A DNA stretch of 64,000 bases from an uncultured virus (IMG/VR IMGVR_UViG_3300005336_000020) (IMGVR_UViG_3300005336_000020); one strand, 5' to 3'; positions 8,845-19,626 are shown, counted from the stretch's first letter. Notes: generated by a model from the sequence alone, not told the origin. A program made the numbers and translations.

Positions 8845-11800
8845 ATGGCGCTGGTGAATACGCTGGTCGTTCGCTTCCGGGCGTACGCCGCAAACGGTGC
8901 GGCGATCGGCATCCTTCCGCATCCGCTTTCCTGGGAAGCGGGCATCCCGCTCAACGACATGCCTTCGTTGACGATGACCTATCCGGACGGCTCGGACGCG
9001 GCGAACCTGCTGAAGTCGCCCTGTGAAGTAGCGCTTGAGCTGCGCGATCCCAGCACCGGAACTTTCACCGAGCACCCGGGGTGCCGGTTCATGAACGTCC
9101 GCCGGTCTTTCGACCTGGCGGCCCGGCCGCGCATCCTCTCCTTCACGATGCCGTCGTACGGATGGCAGCTCAAGAAGGTCCGCTGGATGGACCCGGACAA
9201 CCCGCGCCTGAACAAGGACGGGCAGATCGCCTACAAGACGGCCGTCTCCCCGGCACTTCCCGTCAAGGACATCATCGACTACGCCAGGAACCGTGGAAAC
9301 ATTCCCGGCCTGACGTACGACTTCACGGGAAGCGTCGACTCCGCAGGCACCGCCTGGGGTGTCACGATGAAGGGCAACTTCGACTACGGCCAGGACGCCT
9401 GGTCGATGATCGATGCCCTCTCCCGGCAGGGCTTCTTCGACTGGCGGATGAACAAGCGCGTCCTTCAGATGTACAAGGCCGACACGACGCTGCGCCGCCA
9501 GCTCGACACCGACACGGGCGTGCACGTCCACAGTATGGTCGGTACCACCGAGGAGCCGGTCGAGCGAACCTGGGAAGACCTCGCCGGATTCATCGTGGCC
9601 GTCGGTGACCAGCAGCTCATCTCCGGCATGGTCGAAGCGCCGGACTCCGTCGAGTACCCCTGGGGCAAGTGGGACGAATCGATCTCCGCTTCGGGCGTCA
9701 CCGACGTTCAGACTCTCGCTCAGATCACCGACAACCTGCTGCTCACGAAGTACAAGAGCCGTACTCAGTACACGAAGAAGTTCGTCTGGACCGAGGGCGC
9801 CCCGGTGCCTCTTGTGGACTACCGGCCGGGCGACTTCATCCGGGCCATGAGTGACGCGACCTCTGGCGCACAGAAAGCGTCGATGCGCGTCTATCAGATC
9901 ACCCTCTCCGGGACGGATCCGTACGGCGTCGGCGTGGCGCTCACCCTCAACGACCGGTTCACCGACCGCGCCCTCCAGACGGAGCGCTGGGTATCCCGCG
10001 TATCGGGCGCAGGCGGCCCCACGGGTGGCGGAGGAACGGGCGCTGGCACGAAGCCGCAGAAGCCCGCCCCGATCGACTCCACGCCCCCCAAGGCGCCGAT
10101 TCTGAACTCGGTGACCAACGAGCCGTACTTCTCCTCCCTGGGCGACCCGGTCTCGATGGCCGACGTGGCGTTCCAGGTGGCCACCAAGGACGTCGAGAAC
10201 CGCACGATCGACATCCTGCGGTACAACGTGGCCGCGCGCCGGTCGGACTTCAACTGGCAGCAGGCGTTCACCGTCCAGGTGACGCAGCCCGATTCGCCGT
10301 CCACCGGCCAGGTCATTCACGCCAAGGTGCCCCTGCTGGACTCGGGCTACAGCTACGAGTTCCGGGTGCAGGCGATCCGCGACTCCGGCTACGCCTCGGA
10401 CTGGTCGAACGCCATCACGCAGACGATGGGCTACCCGACCACGGCCCCCGAGATCCCGTCGGCGCCGATCCTGTCGACAAAGCTCAGCACGGTGAAGGCC
10501 GAGTGGGACGGCAAGGACAAGAACGGCGCCGCCTATCCGGCCGAGTTCCGTGAGGTACAGGTCGAAGCCTCGACGAACAACTCGACCTGGTTCCACGTCG
10601 GGGACATCTTCTCCGGCGGCGCCGGACTCATCATGAGCGGCAAGGGCGGCCTGCCGACCTGGAACGTCGGCAACACCGTCTACGTGCGCTTCAAGGCGAT
10701 GAACAGCGCCTCGGTCATCTCGGCAGTCTCCGCCGTCAGCTCGATCGTTGTGCTCGGCGTCAGCGGCCCGGACATCGCGGCGAACACGATCACGGCGAAC
10801 AACATCGCCACCGGCACCCTGACGGCCGAGCAGATCAAGGCACACAGCCTGACCGTCGAGAACCTGGCCGTCGGCAACCCGGCCAACCTGGTCGTCGACC
10901 CGACGTTCTCCTCCGCACCGCTGAACACCGCACGCCTGGCGCAGGCAACGGGGTCTTCCGGCAGCGGTGTCGCCTGGACCATCACGGCGGCCGGTGCCGT
11001 CAGGATCGACAACAACTCGGGCGCGAACAACTTCAACCGGTTCGGCTTCACCAACAACACGCTGGTGAACTACCCGCTCCAGACGTTCCCGGGTCCGAGT
11101 TTGAGCAGCAACGAGCTGGCGATCCCCTTCACGCGGCCCGGCAACACAGACGGCGTTTCGACGGGAAGCATCAAGTGCCGGTTCGTCGTCACCGCGACCG
11201 GCATCCCGGCCAGCCCGGGGGCCGCGACGATCAACGTGGCCATGCTGTCGCGCCAGTTCCAGAGCAGTGGTGCGCCCATCTCCACCTCCGGCACCATCCG
11301 GCCGGACTTCACCATCTCGGCGAACGGTACGTACACCGTCGAGTCGACGACCGGGTGGAACCCGGCGGCCGGGACCGTCAGCTACATCCCTTACCTGTAC
11401 GTGAAGTTTGAGAACACGGTGGATCCGGCCGTGGCGCTGGAGTTCACGCAGATCGAGATCTGGCAGGAGCAGTCGGTCTTCATCGGCAACGGCCTGATCA
11501 AGACTCCCCTGCTCGCGGCCAACGCGGTGACCACCGACGTCCTGAACGCCGACGCCATCACGGCGAAGCACTCGATCAAGTCGGCGTACTACGAGATGAC
11601 CAGTCAGTCCGGTGGTGCCATCATCAAGATCACCGAGAACGCGAACTTCAACGGTCAGTCCGGCATCCGGTGGGACGGCCTGACGAACTACGGACCTCGC
11701 ATCTTCCAGGCCGATGCCTCCGGTACGGGCGGCTGGGACCCGCGAGGCTTCGTTATCACGGGTCCGGAGCAGACGGTGAACTCCTCCGGTCGCGTCGACA

Positions 11801-12165
11801 TGCAGTTCGCGTACGGAGTCGGCAACTCGAAGATCTCTCGTCAGTACGGTTCGGAGACGATCTCCGTCCAGGGCATCTACTGGGATTCCTCGGTTGCCCG
11901 TTTCCGCATCGGCGGCATGTTCAATACCGGCCACTTCCAGAACGATATGTTCCGCATGGACCGCGTGGGCTTCCAGAACGGTACGTACTCGTACGGATCG
12001 GTGACTACCCGCCGGTACTACCCGATCCTCTGCCCCAACGGCGGCTCGACTCCCACAACCAGTTCGATCTACCAGTTCCCCAGCGGAACCGAGGGCGGAT
12101 TCCAGTACGTTTCCAGCTCGGGAGTGAGCGAAGTATTCTTCATCTGCATGTGCGGAACCCCGTGA
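8845..12165 (+). CDS. Tail tip / host-specificity minor tail protein with FN3-like domains
   Basis: 1106 aa; Tal-like N-terminus, FN3-like YSYEFRVQAIRDSGYASDWSN, and IAANTITANNIATGTLTAEQI repeats seen in tail-tip proteins. Confidence 0.8.
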   Translation: MALVNTLVVRFRAYAANGAAIGILPHPLSWEAGIPLNDMPSLTMTYPDGSDAANLLKSPCEVALELRDPSTGTFTEHPGCRFMNVRRSFDLAARPRILSFTMPSYGWQLKKVRWMDPDNPRLNKDGQIAYKTAVSPALPVKDIIDYARNRGNIPGLTYDFTGSVDSAGTAWGVTMKGNFDYGQDAWSMIDALSRQGFFDWRMNKRVLQMYKADTTLRRQLDTDTGVHVHSMVGTTEEPVERTWEDLAGFIVAVGDQQLISGMVEAPDSVEYPWGKWDESISASGVTDVQTLAQITDNLLLTKYKSRTQYTKKFVWTEGAPVPLVDYRPGDFIRAMSDATSGAQKASMRVYQITLSGTDPYGVGVALTLNDRFTDRALQTERWVSRVSGAGGPTGGGGTGAGTKPQKPAPIDSTPPKAPILNSVTNEPYFSSLGDPVSMADVAFQVATKDVENRTIDILRYNVAARRSDFNWQQAFTVQVTQPDSPSTGQVIHAKVPLLDSGYSYEFRVQAIRDSGYASDWSNAITQTMGYPTTAPEIPSAPILSTKLSTVKAEWDGKDKNGAAYPAEFREVQVEASTNNSTWFHVGDIFSGGAGLIMSGKGGLPTWNVGNTVYVRFKAMNSASVISAVSAVSSIVVLGVSGPDIAANTITANNIATGTLTAEQIKAHSLTVENLAVGNPANLVVDPTFSSAPLNTARLAQATGSSGSGVAWTITAAGAVRIDNNSGANNFNRFGFTNNTLVNYPLQTFPGPSLSSNELAIPFTRPGNTDGVSTGSIKCRFVVTATGIPASPGAATINVAMLSRQFQSSGAPISTSGTIRPDFTISANGTYTVESTTGWNPAAGTVSYIPYLYVKFENTVDPAVALEFTQIEIWQEQSVFIGNGLIKTPLLAANAVTTDVLNADAITAKHSIKSAYYEMTSQSGGAIIKITENANFNGQSGIRWDGLTNYGPRIFQADASGTGGWDPRGFVITGPEQTVNSSGRVDMQFAYGVGNSKISRQYGSETISVQGIYWDSSVARFRIGGMFNTGHFQNDMFRMDRVGFQNGTYSYGSVTTRRYYPILCPNGGSTPTTSSIYQFPSGTEGGFQYVSSSGVSEVFFICMCGTP

Positions 12166-12171
12166 GGAACG

Positions 12172-12942
12172 ATGGCTGAAATCGACGTGATCCGGCACGT
12201 AATCCGGCCGCACCAGCCCGCAAAGGGCGAGGAGTACGACCCGACGCAGGACATGCTCATCGTCGTGCACCGCAACCCCAACGACCCGGACGATCCGGTC
12301 GAGTTCGGCCATCACATCCGGATGAGCGTGGTCGCCTACCGCAAGGAGATGTGGGGGCTGGGGGACTACGCCAGCACCATCGACATGGAGCTGAAGGATC
12401 TGGAGCGGTACTACGCCCGGGAGTCCGATGACGAGGACTACGGCGTCCACCCGCTGGCGACCATCACGGAGCACTACTTCGACGTGCCGCCGGTCCGCAT
12501 GAAGTCCTTCGGTCCGGACTACGTCATGGACCGGGTCGAATCGCAGCTCACTGCCCTGCCGGGGACCACGGACGGTGCGGTGAAGATGTGCCTGGACACG
12601 GTGTTGTCAGGGATCGAGGACGTGAAGGGATGCCTGGCGTCGGACCAGCAGCAGACCTTCCCCTGCCGGGGGATGACTGGGCTGTCCACGGATACAGTCG
12701 GCGCCCGGGGCGACACGATGACACGCATGGAGGAGCAGACCCAGCGCCTGACGCTGGTCCCCTCAGCCCCTCTCGATGAGGTGCGCCAGCTTCTGACTGA
12801 CCGAGAGAGTGAGCTGGAGACCGCCCGGAACGGATTCGTGGACCATGCCCTGCTCACCAGCAACGTGCCGGAGATCATGCGCAAGCGGGTGGTGGCCGCC
12901 GCCGTCAGGCGCGGCATTCTGGAGGAGAACACGTGGATGTAG
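12172..12942 (+). CDS. Hypothetical protein (tail module)
   Basis: Co-oriented, GAGG RBS, 256 aa. Confidence 0.6.
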   Translation: MAEIDVIRHVIRPHQPAKGEEYDPTQDMLIVVHRNPNDPDDPVEFGHHIRMSVVAYRKEMWGLGDYASTIDMELKDLERYYARESDDEDYGVHPLATITEHYFDVPPVRMKSFGPDYVMDRVESQLTALPGTTDGAVKMCLDTVLSGIEDVKGCLASDQQQTFPCRGMTGLSTDTVGARGDTMTRMEEQTQRLTLVPSAPLDEVRQLLTDRESELETARNGFVDHALLTSNVPEIMRKRVVAAAVRRGILEENTWM

Positions 12943-13112
12943 GAACGGTGTCCTCGGAGGACGTGCTGAGTTCGTACGAACGTCAGCTCACCGAGGCCCA
13001 CAGGAAGATCGCCATGCTGGAGGCTGCACTGGAGCGTGAGCGCCGGGCTGCCTCGCAGGCCCGTATCGCCAGCCAGCAGACCGACCAGGGTGACCCGCAG
13101 GAGGCGCCGTGA
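12933..13112 (+). CDS. Small coiled-coil protein (59 aa, MDVGTVSSEDVLSSYERQLTEAHRK...)
   Basis: Absent from the ORF track; GTG preceded by GGAGGAG, fills the gap, GTGA overlap with the next gene. Confidence 0.6.
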   Translation: MDVGTVSSEDVLSSYERQLTEAHRKIAMLEAALERERRAASQARIASQQTDQGDPQEAP

Positions 13113-13582
13113 CGGACATCCAGATTCCGCCGGACGGTGTGATCGCGAAGCTCCCCTTCGAGATCCCCCAGCCGGGCGACTTCCCCACCATCGGCGGGGT
13201 GCGCGTCTACTTCACCTTCGGACAGGACAACCCCAGTCCGTTCCAGCCCAGGCTCCTGCTGGACGGCGTGAACTACACGCTCACCGAGAGCGCCACCGGG
13301 CCGATGAGCCGGACTTTCATCGCGCAGCTCCCCGCGCCGATGGATGCCCCGCAGCAGGCCGAGGTCTGGGTGAACGAGGGGATCTCGCTGGAGCCCGGCT
13401 GCACCATCACCGCGTACGCCTGGGGTGCTCAGACCGAGTCCGGTACGGGCGCCCTGAACCCGGACGAAGGTGGGGAGCCCAGCACGATGACCGAGACCAT
13501 CGAACTGGGCACGGTCACGGTGCTTCCGTGGCCCGAGTGGAACCGCCTCACGGGCGCGAACGAGGGGCTGGAGGGCTCGTAG
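13109..13582 (+). CDS. Hypothetical protein
   Basis: GGAGG RBS, coupled start, last gene of the + operon. Confidence 0.6.
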   Translation: MTDIQIPPDGVIAKLPFEIPQPGDFPTIGGVRVYFTFGQDNPSPFQPRLLLDGVNYTLTESATGPMSRTFIAQLPAPMDAPQQAEVWVNEGISLEPGCTITAYAWGAQTESGTGALNPDEGGEPSTMTETIELGTVTVLPWPEWNRLTGANEGLEGS

Positions 13583-14096
13583 CCCGGCCGCCCCTCGGGT
13601 AGGCGACGCGACAGACGGGCAGGTACCTCAGCCGCGTCAGGAGCGACACGGCGTGGCGCAGGGAGTCCCTGACGTGGCGCTGGGCGTGCTCGTGGCCCAT
13701 ATGAAGGCCCAGCGCCTCCAGCACCTCGTCGGGGACCATGTGCTTGGCCTCCACGGGCTCCTGCGCATGCACGGCTTCGAACAGCTTCCGCTCGAAGGCG
13801 AGCTGTTCCACCGATCCGATGACACGCAGGGCCGTGACGTCCTTCTGGGCCGCGTTGTTGCGCAGGTGGAAGTTCTCGTACAGGAGCTGGTGCCTTCCGG
13901 GGAACCGGCTGCTCCACTCGACGAGCTTCATCGACGGCATCGCGGAGTCCTGCTCCAGCCGTGGGTCGTAGGGCACTGTGGCCCAGTCGACCAGCTCGAA
14001 CTCGCGTGGCCGGATGTGCAGCAGGCTCATCCCGGTCTGGCCTCCGGGATCCATGTTGTTGAGAAAGTACCCCTGCGCCGCGATCTTCGGATCCAT
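13548..14096 (-). CDS. RuvC-like Holliday junction resolvase
   Basis: DPGGQTG, LLYENF and HVRDSLRH motifs match actinophage RuvC-like resolvases. Confidence 0.65.
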   Translation of the reverse strand: MDPKIAAQGYFLNNMDPGGQTGMSLLHIRPREFELVDWATVPYDPRLEQDSAMPSMKLVEWSSRFPGRHQLLYENFHLRNNAAQKDVTALRVIGSVEQLAFERKLFEAVHAQEPVEAKHMVPDEVLEALGLHMGHEHAQRHVRDSLRHAVSLLTRLRYLPVCRVAYPRGGRATSPPAPRSRP

Positions 14097-14277
14097 CTGA
14101 ACATCCCTTCTCTTTCCGATAATTGGTGCCTAATGAGCGAAAAGTCCTGGCGATACGTGCACGCATGGCCGGTTCCCCTCACCGACACAGAGGGCAACCG
14201 GCACGAGGTGCAGTACCAGGAGAACGCCGAGACCCGGCAGGTGCGGTATGTGCACCTGCCGAGCTGCTGGTGCCGGG

Positions 14278-16245
14278 CTACGCCGCCTTCTCGTAGCAGC
14301 CGATCCATGCCCGTGACGACGGGCTCGCACCACACGTGATCGGGACGGTCTCGAAGAAGGTCGTCAGCGCCTTCATGGCCTTCGCCGAGATCTCCTCGAC
14401 GCGCTCCTCGGGGACCTCCAGCACGATCTCGTCATGGATCACGAGAACCAGCATTTCCAGCACCTCGCGGTCCATCCGCAGCAGTCCGTCGCAGAGCAGG
14501 TCCCGAGTCGTCGACTGGCCGACCTGGGCGGGCGCCTGCGTGTACTCCTGGCCCGGAATGACTCGCAGCGGGCGCCCCCACTTGCTGGGCACGAGGCCGG
14601 TCTGCTCGGCCTTCCGGCGGATCCGGTCGCGCCAGCGGCACAGTACCGGGAAGGCCCGCTTCATTCCGTCGTCGAACTTCTTGGTGGTCTCCAGTGGCAG
14701 CCCGGTGTGGGCCGAGGCGCCCTTTGGACCCTGGCCGTAGTTCCAGGCATGGGTGATGGCCTTCGCCTTGCCACGCGCTTCATCGTCTCGGCTGCCGAAG
14801 ACCCGGAAGGCGACTTCGCGGTGCATGTCCATGCCGGGCCGGGCGAGCTTCATGTACTCCGGGTCCTGGCACCATCCGGCCACGGCTCGGGCATCGACCT
14901 GGTCGAGGTCGATGGCGATGAAGACGTGCCCCCGCTTCGCCTTGAACATCTTGCGCTGGAGCAGTGCCGCGCCGCGCTTGCCGATGTTCGTCACCGACGG
15001 CTTGATGTGGGCCCAGCGGCCGGACGCCTGGATGTCGCCGATCTGCGGGTGCACGCGGCCGTCGGGGCAGACGTTCTCCAGCACCTCTTCGGCCTTGGCG
15101 CTCGCCGAGCCGACCATGATGGCGGCCTCGCACAGCTCCAGCACCTCGGGATTGTCGGCGTACTTCCGGCTCAGGCCCGGGATGGACTCCTGGCCGCGCA
15201 GCCATGCGTCCTTGCCGAGGGCGTCTTTCGAGAGGGCGAGCTTGCCGCCGTTCAGGGTGTAGGGGACATCCTCGTCGCGGACTCCGGCCCGGCGCAGCGC
15301 CCGCTCGAAGGCGTCGCGCCCCTCGGTCGTGGTGAGCGGCGAGGCGCCGATCGTCTTGCTGCGCCACTTCCACCCCATGCGCAGGTCGGGGCACGGCCGC
15401 AGGAACAGCGACTCGTACAGCGAGCGCACCCGCTTGCCGTGCTTGGTGGTGCGCGGGATCCGCACCTCGACGCGCTCCTGCCAGCGGACCTCGGAGTGCG
15501 GCAGCGGCACTCCGGCCTTCTCGTGCAGCAGCTCGTACGCCTTGCTGCGCTGCTGTTCGGCCAGCTTGATCTGTCGGTGGACCTCGTCCATGTCGACGCC
15601 GAGGCCCTTGAGGTACATGCCGTTCTGGATCGCCGAGATCAGCATCTCGCGCTTGACCACAGGGATCAGGTTCCGGCGGTACGCCCGGCGCCCCATCTCG
15701 CGGTACACGTCACGCCCGGCGATGAGGTCGCCCCGCAGGTAGTCCCAGTACTCGGCCAATTCCAGCGGGATCTTGTCGTAGCCGCCGTACTGCGCGGCCA
15801 TACGTGGCAGGTGGTCGGTCTTCCCCTCGAAGCCGTAGCGCTCGGCCACGTCGTTGAGCCGGTAGCTGATCCGCAGATCGGACGGGGTCAGGCCACGCCG
15901 CGCGAGCGCCTTGAAGTTGAGCTTCACGCCGGGCCGCAGCTTCGGGTACGGCGGGTTGATGGTGCGCTCACCCACGAGGGTGTCGACCGCCTTCTCGGCC
16001 AGCTCGTGGTAGTTCGCGCCGCAGTGCACAGCCAGGGCCACGAGGTCGAACCCGAGGATGTTGTGGCCGTAGATCACGTTCGCGTCGCGTAGAACGTCCA
16101 GCAGATCCTGCGGATCCGTCGAGATTTGCGGCTCTCCGTCGTCGATCACCCAGCCGACGAGCCGGACGAACGGTCCTTCGTAGCCCCCCTTGAAGAGCAG
16201 GTCGGCGCTGGCGGTCTCGATGTCGAAGCCGACTACACCGGCCAT
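14278..16245 (-). CDS. Family A DNA polymerase with 3'-5' exonuclease
   Basis: ExoI FDIET, ExoII GHNILGFD, motif A IDLDQVDAR, motif B KAKAITHAWNYG, motif C IHDEIV. Confidence 0.95.
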   Translation of the reverse strand: MAGVVGFDIETASADLLFKGGYEGPFVRLVGWVIDDGEPQISTDPQDLLDVLRDANVIYGHNILGFDLVALAVHCGANYHELAEKAVDTLVGERTINPPYPKLRPGVKLNFKALARRGLTPSDLRISYRLNDVAERYGFEGKTDHLPRMAAQYGGYDKIPLELAEYWDYLRGDLIAGRDVYREMGRRAYRRNLIPVVKREMLISAIQNGMYLKGLGVDMDEVHRQIKLAEQQRSKAYELLHEKAGVPLPHSEVRWQERVEVRIPRTTKHGKRVRSLYESLFLRPCPDLRMGWKWRSKTIGASPLTTTEGRDAFERALRRAGVRDEDVPYTLNGGKLALSKDALGKDAWLRGQESIPGLSRKYADNPEVLELCEAAIMVGSASAKAEEVLENVCPDGRVHPQIGDIQASGRWAHIKPSVTNIGKRGAALLQRKMFKAKRGHVFIAIDLDQVDARAVAGWCQDPEYMKLARPGMDMHREVAFRVFGSRDDEARGKAKAITHAWNYGQGPKGASAHTGLPLETTKKFDDGMKRAFPVLCRWRDRIRRKAEQTGLVPSKWGRPLRVIPGQEYTQAPAQVGQSTTRDLLCDGLLRMDREVLEMLVLVIHDEIVLEVPEERVEEISAKAMKALTTFFETVPITCGASPSSRAWIGCYEKAA

Positions 16246-16259
16246 CTCTTCCCCCTCCG

Positions 16260-17207
16260 TCAGGCGATTCCCGTGGTCGCGGGGAGGAGGTACTTCTCCT
16301 CCCACGAGTACAGCAGGTCGTAGTACCTGCCGCCGAGGTGCCGGGCGCGATGTGGCCTAGGCAGCTCGGGGATGCACAAATGGTAGCAGTCCTCACCGTT
16401 TCTAGGGACGGGCGTCGCCGTGAAGATGTTCTCTTTCAAGAGCATTTCCGGGAACAGGTCGCGGACCCACTCCTGGCCGTAGACGTACGGCGCCAGCTCC
16501 ACGTCCCGCTGACTCGCCATGCCCTGCCAGAACATCTGGTCCTCGCGCGAGCGCACCGACAGCGTGTCCAGGTCCGGGCCGACCGGCGTGAACTGCACCC
16601 CGCGCGACGGCTCCAGCAGGACCACCTTCGGGACGCCCGTGAGCCGGGACGCCATCGCCTCGGGTACACCCTTGTCGCGGACGATGTCGGCGGCGAACAG
16701 GCGGAAGGCCGTGTCCCCGCGTGTCGCCGCCTCCAGGGCCAGGTGCACCACCCGCATGTCGCAGGATCCGAGCACTCGCGTGGCCTGCATGCCGTCGGGC
16801 CGGACCATCCACTTCTGGCAGGTCGTCGAGGGCAGCTCGGTCATCTCCTCGAAGAAGGAGGAGCTGAAGAGCATCAGCGGGCTGAGCAGGGTCACCGCCG
16901 CCAGCCGACGTCGCCTGCTCCACCTGCGGCGGTTCACGTGGGCCCACCAGGTGAAGGAGAGGATCTGACCCCTCTCCGCCGGGCTGTACACGTGGAGCAG
17001 ATCGACGTCGGCCGGGTTGGTGTTGTACGGGCTGCGGAAGACGGTCCGGTTGGGGGCGTCCATGACGCGCTCCACGGCCCTCACGAGGTGCGGGAAGCGG
17101 TGCAGTGAGGGAACGAGCGTCCTGGCCCGGGAGACGCGCTCCTGGGGCGTTCCGTAGCGGTCCCCGGGCGGCCTCCCCGGCGGGCGCCCGGTCGGCTTTC
17201 GGGCCAC
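16260..17207 (-). CDS. Hypothetical protein with AT-hook-like N-terminus
   Basis: 315 aa between primase and polymerase; N-terminal RKPTGRPPGRP; GGAGG RBS. Confidence 0.55.
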   Translation of the reverse strand: MARKPTGRPPGRPPGDRYGTPQERVSRARTLVPSLHRFPHLVRAVERVMDAPNRTVFRSPYNTNPADVDLLHVYSPAERGQILSFTWWAHVNRRRWSRRRRLAAVTLLSPLMLFSSSFFEEMTELPSTTCQKWMVRPDGMQATRVLGSCDMRVVHLALEAATRGDTAFRLFAADIVRDKGVPEAMASRLTGVPKVVLLEPSRGVQFTPVGPDLDTLSVRSREDQMFWQGMASQRDVELAPYVYGQEWVRDLFPEMLLKENIFTATPVPRNGEDCYHLCIPELPRPHRARHLGGRYYDLLYSWEEKYLLPATTGIA

Positions 17208-17219
17208 GCTTCCTCCGGG

Positions 17220-19505
17220 TCAGCTCCGTGCGATCGGTACGTACCGCACCCTTCCGCGTTCCATCGTCTTGTGAATCAGGCCCGCCTTGGCGAGCACATG
17301 CAGGTCCGATTCGATGTCCCTCTCCTGGATCTTAGAGCGGAACCGTGAATAGATGTCCTGCTCCGTGACGCCCTCCTTCCGCGCCTGGATCGCGGTGAGG
17401 ATTTCGTTCTGCCGGGCCGCCCATTCCGAGTGGAGAATCTTGCCCGCGACGCGCGCCGTCGAGCGGTACCACTCCTCGGTCAGGTGCATGGCCTTGAGCA
17501 GGTGCGGCATCCGTACGATCTTCTCGCGCTCGGACATCGCGATGAGGACGGCCATCTTCATCATCGAGTCGCCCATGCGCGAGGTCGTGGGCAGCAGCAC
17601 TTCGGCCAGTTCGTGCTTGTCGGCCGCCGCGTACAGCTCCCACTTGGCCTTCTGGAGACGCCGCCAGGTCGGGTCGTCGAAGGGGATCATCACCGTGTCG
17701 CCCGGCTTGGTCTCCTCCATCCAGAAGGCCCGCGCGGCGAACATGTCGTTGAGCAACCCCTGGCGCATCACGTCGTCTGCCGGGGTCTGGCCGTCGAACT
17801 GCTCGGTGAACATGCCCTCTTCGGTCATCGGCGGCGGGTCGGCCTCCGCAATGAGGAATCGGGCCAGGTGGCCGGACTGGTAGTCGCCGATCGTCAGGTG
17901 TTCGGTGACCTGCTGGAGCGTGCCGCACAGGAACATCAGGAAGTTCGTGCGGATGACCGACAGGTCGCGGTCTTCGTGCTCCTTCAGGTTGCCCACACGC
18001 AGGGCGATCCGGACGCGGCCGGTGAACAGCTCCGTCATGTGTTCACGCACACCCGCCAGGTACCGCTTTGCGGCCTGCTCGTACAGCAGACCGTGCGCCT
18101 CGTCCCGGTAGAACACCGAGGATCGGCCGTTGCGGTCGGGCAGGATGACGCTCAGGGCTTCCGAGGTCACGTCGGAACCCAGCAGGTACGGGAAGGTGTC
18201 GTTGGACAGCTCGTCCAGGAAGTCGACCCACATCATCATCGCGGTCGTCTTCCGGGCCCGGGTGGTCGGGCCGAGGATGAAGAACCAGAGCGTGAGGTTG
18301 GTGTCGAACTTCGTGGGGCACTTGCCGAACTCGCCCAGCACGGTGGACAGGACCGTTGCGGCGCCAGCCCGGTGGTAGCAGGACGGTGCGTCGGTGCGCG
18401 TCTCGGCCCACTGCTGGTACCGGTCGACGAAGGTGTCCATCGGGACCTTGTCGCGCTCCTCGGGCAGGAGGATCGACACGGCCTCGGCGAAGTCGGCGAG
18501 CTTCTTCTCTGGGTTCTCTTCGCTCTCGTCGGCCTCCTTGCGGAAGCCGATGTCGGAGAAGCTGTTGCGCTTGGGCTGGTTGTCGGGGTGGTCGTACGCC
18601 TTGCAGAGCTGCTGCCACAGCTCACCTTCCGGCCGCCCGTCGATCTTGTACTTGTTGCACTTCGCCGACCACGCGATGTGCATGGCTGTGATGCGGGAGA
18701 CGTTCAGCCGGGACAGCAGGCTGAGCAGCTTCCACAGGGTCTTCGACCGGTCCTGGTCCGGCTTCAGGTCGGCCGCGTACAGGTCGTGAACCTCGGGGCT
18801 GGAGCGGAACACCTCGGCCGACTCGCGGATCGACTGCTGGGAGAAGTACCAGTCGCTCTTCGGCGGCATGTCGCTGGCGACGCTCGGCCGGTCCTGGGTG
18901 CTGTAGGGCGGATAGACGCTGGCCAGCGCCTTCATCGTGTACGTGGCGCCCATCTTCGGCTGGGGTACCTGCCAGCGCGGGCGGCCGTGCCGGGAGTACT
19001 TGTTGTTCGCGGTGCCCGGCACGCGCAGGAGCTGGCCAGCATCCCAGCCGCTGGGGTCGCAGCCGTCGCGGGTGTGCTCGGAGGCGATGGCCCGGGAGAT
19101 GTCGATGAGCTGCTGTGGGTCGTCGGTCTCGGTGACCCAGTACAGGTGATGGCGCCCCTCGGACGTCTCGACCGCCATCGTCGGTTCGACCTTCAGGCGG
19201 TCCAGGGGCAGCGTGTCGGCGTCGGCGTAGGCGGCCCACTGGTGGGCGATGTTGCTGCCCTTGCGGCTGCTCCGGGTGCGGAACAGGGCGGGCACCGTGT
19301 AGACGTCCTTGTCGCTGCTGCCCAGGCAGAAGGCGACGAGGTCATCCCGCTGCGAGGGCCACGCGAAGAAAGTGGTCTGCGTCGGGCCCGTCTTTTCATC
19401 CGGGTCGTACACGCCGCCCGGGAACAGTGAGATCGCGACGAAGCCCAGATCCTTTCCGTCGTCGTTGTTCTTCGGAAAGAGGGTGTCGAAGAAGACGAAG
19501 CTCAC
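17220..19505 (-). CDS. Primase-helicase (RepB-like primase plus DUF3987-like domain)
   Basis: YADAD, ETSEGRHHLYW and LLRVPGTANNK (RepB-like primase); C-terminal GPTTRARKTTAM, TSEAL, RDE and GHLARFL motifs. Confidence 0.8.
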   Translation of the reverse strand: MSFVFFDTLFPKNNDDGKDLGFVAISLFPGGVYDPDEKTGPTQTTFFAWPSQRDDLVAFCLGSSDKDVYTVPALFRTRSSRKGSNIAHQWAAYADADTLPLDRLKVEPTMAVETSEGRHHLYWVTETDDPQQLIDISRAIASEHTRDGCDPSGWDAGQLLRVPGTANNKYSRHGRPRWQVPQPKMGATYTMKALASVYPPYSTQDRPSVASDMPPKSDWYFSQQSIRESAEVFRSSPEVHDLYAADLKPDQDRSKTLWKLLSLLSRLNVSRITAMHIAWSAKCNKYKIDGRPEGELWQQLCKAYDHPDNQPKRNSFSDIGFRKEADESEENPEKKLADFAEAVSILLPEERDKVPMDTFVDRYQQWAETRTDAPSCYHRAGAATVLSTVLGEFGKCPTKFDTNLTLWFFILGPTTRARKTTAMMMWVDFLDELSNDTFPYLLGSDVTSEALSVILPDRNGRSSVFYRDEAHGLLYEQAAKRYLAGVREHMTELFTGRVRIALRVGNLKEHEDRDLSVIRTNFLMFLCGTLQQVTEHLTIGDYQSGHLARFLIAEADPPPMTEEGMFTEQFDGQTPADDVMRQGLLNDMFAARAFWMEETKPGDTVMIPFDDPTWRRLQKAKWELYAAADKHELAEVLLPTTSRMGDSMMKMAVLIAMSEREKIVRMPHLLKAMHLTEEWYRSTARVAGKILHSEWAARQNEILTAIQARKEGVTEQDIYSRFRSKIQERDIESDLHVLAKAGLIHKTMERGRVRYVPIARS

Positions 19506-19626
19506 CCGCGTCCCTCCCTTTCTCGTGCGACTTTCCGGACGCAGAACGGGCGGGACCCCGGAAGGCCCCGCCCGTCATGAACCGGGCGGATAACCGATCG
19601 TATCCGCCCAGCTCATCTTGCTGCGA

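Noticed and set aside
2353..12474. 3373-aa ORF on the minus strand
   Set aside because: Antisense shadow of the GC-biased tail genes; no recognisable motifs. The same applies to other long antisense ORFs (e.g. 17430-19430, 28501-30081, 56262-58277).
14133..14339. Small + strand ORF MSEKSWRY...
   Set aside because: No RBS and it overlaps the polymerase 3' end; cannot be supported, though not excluded.
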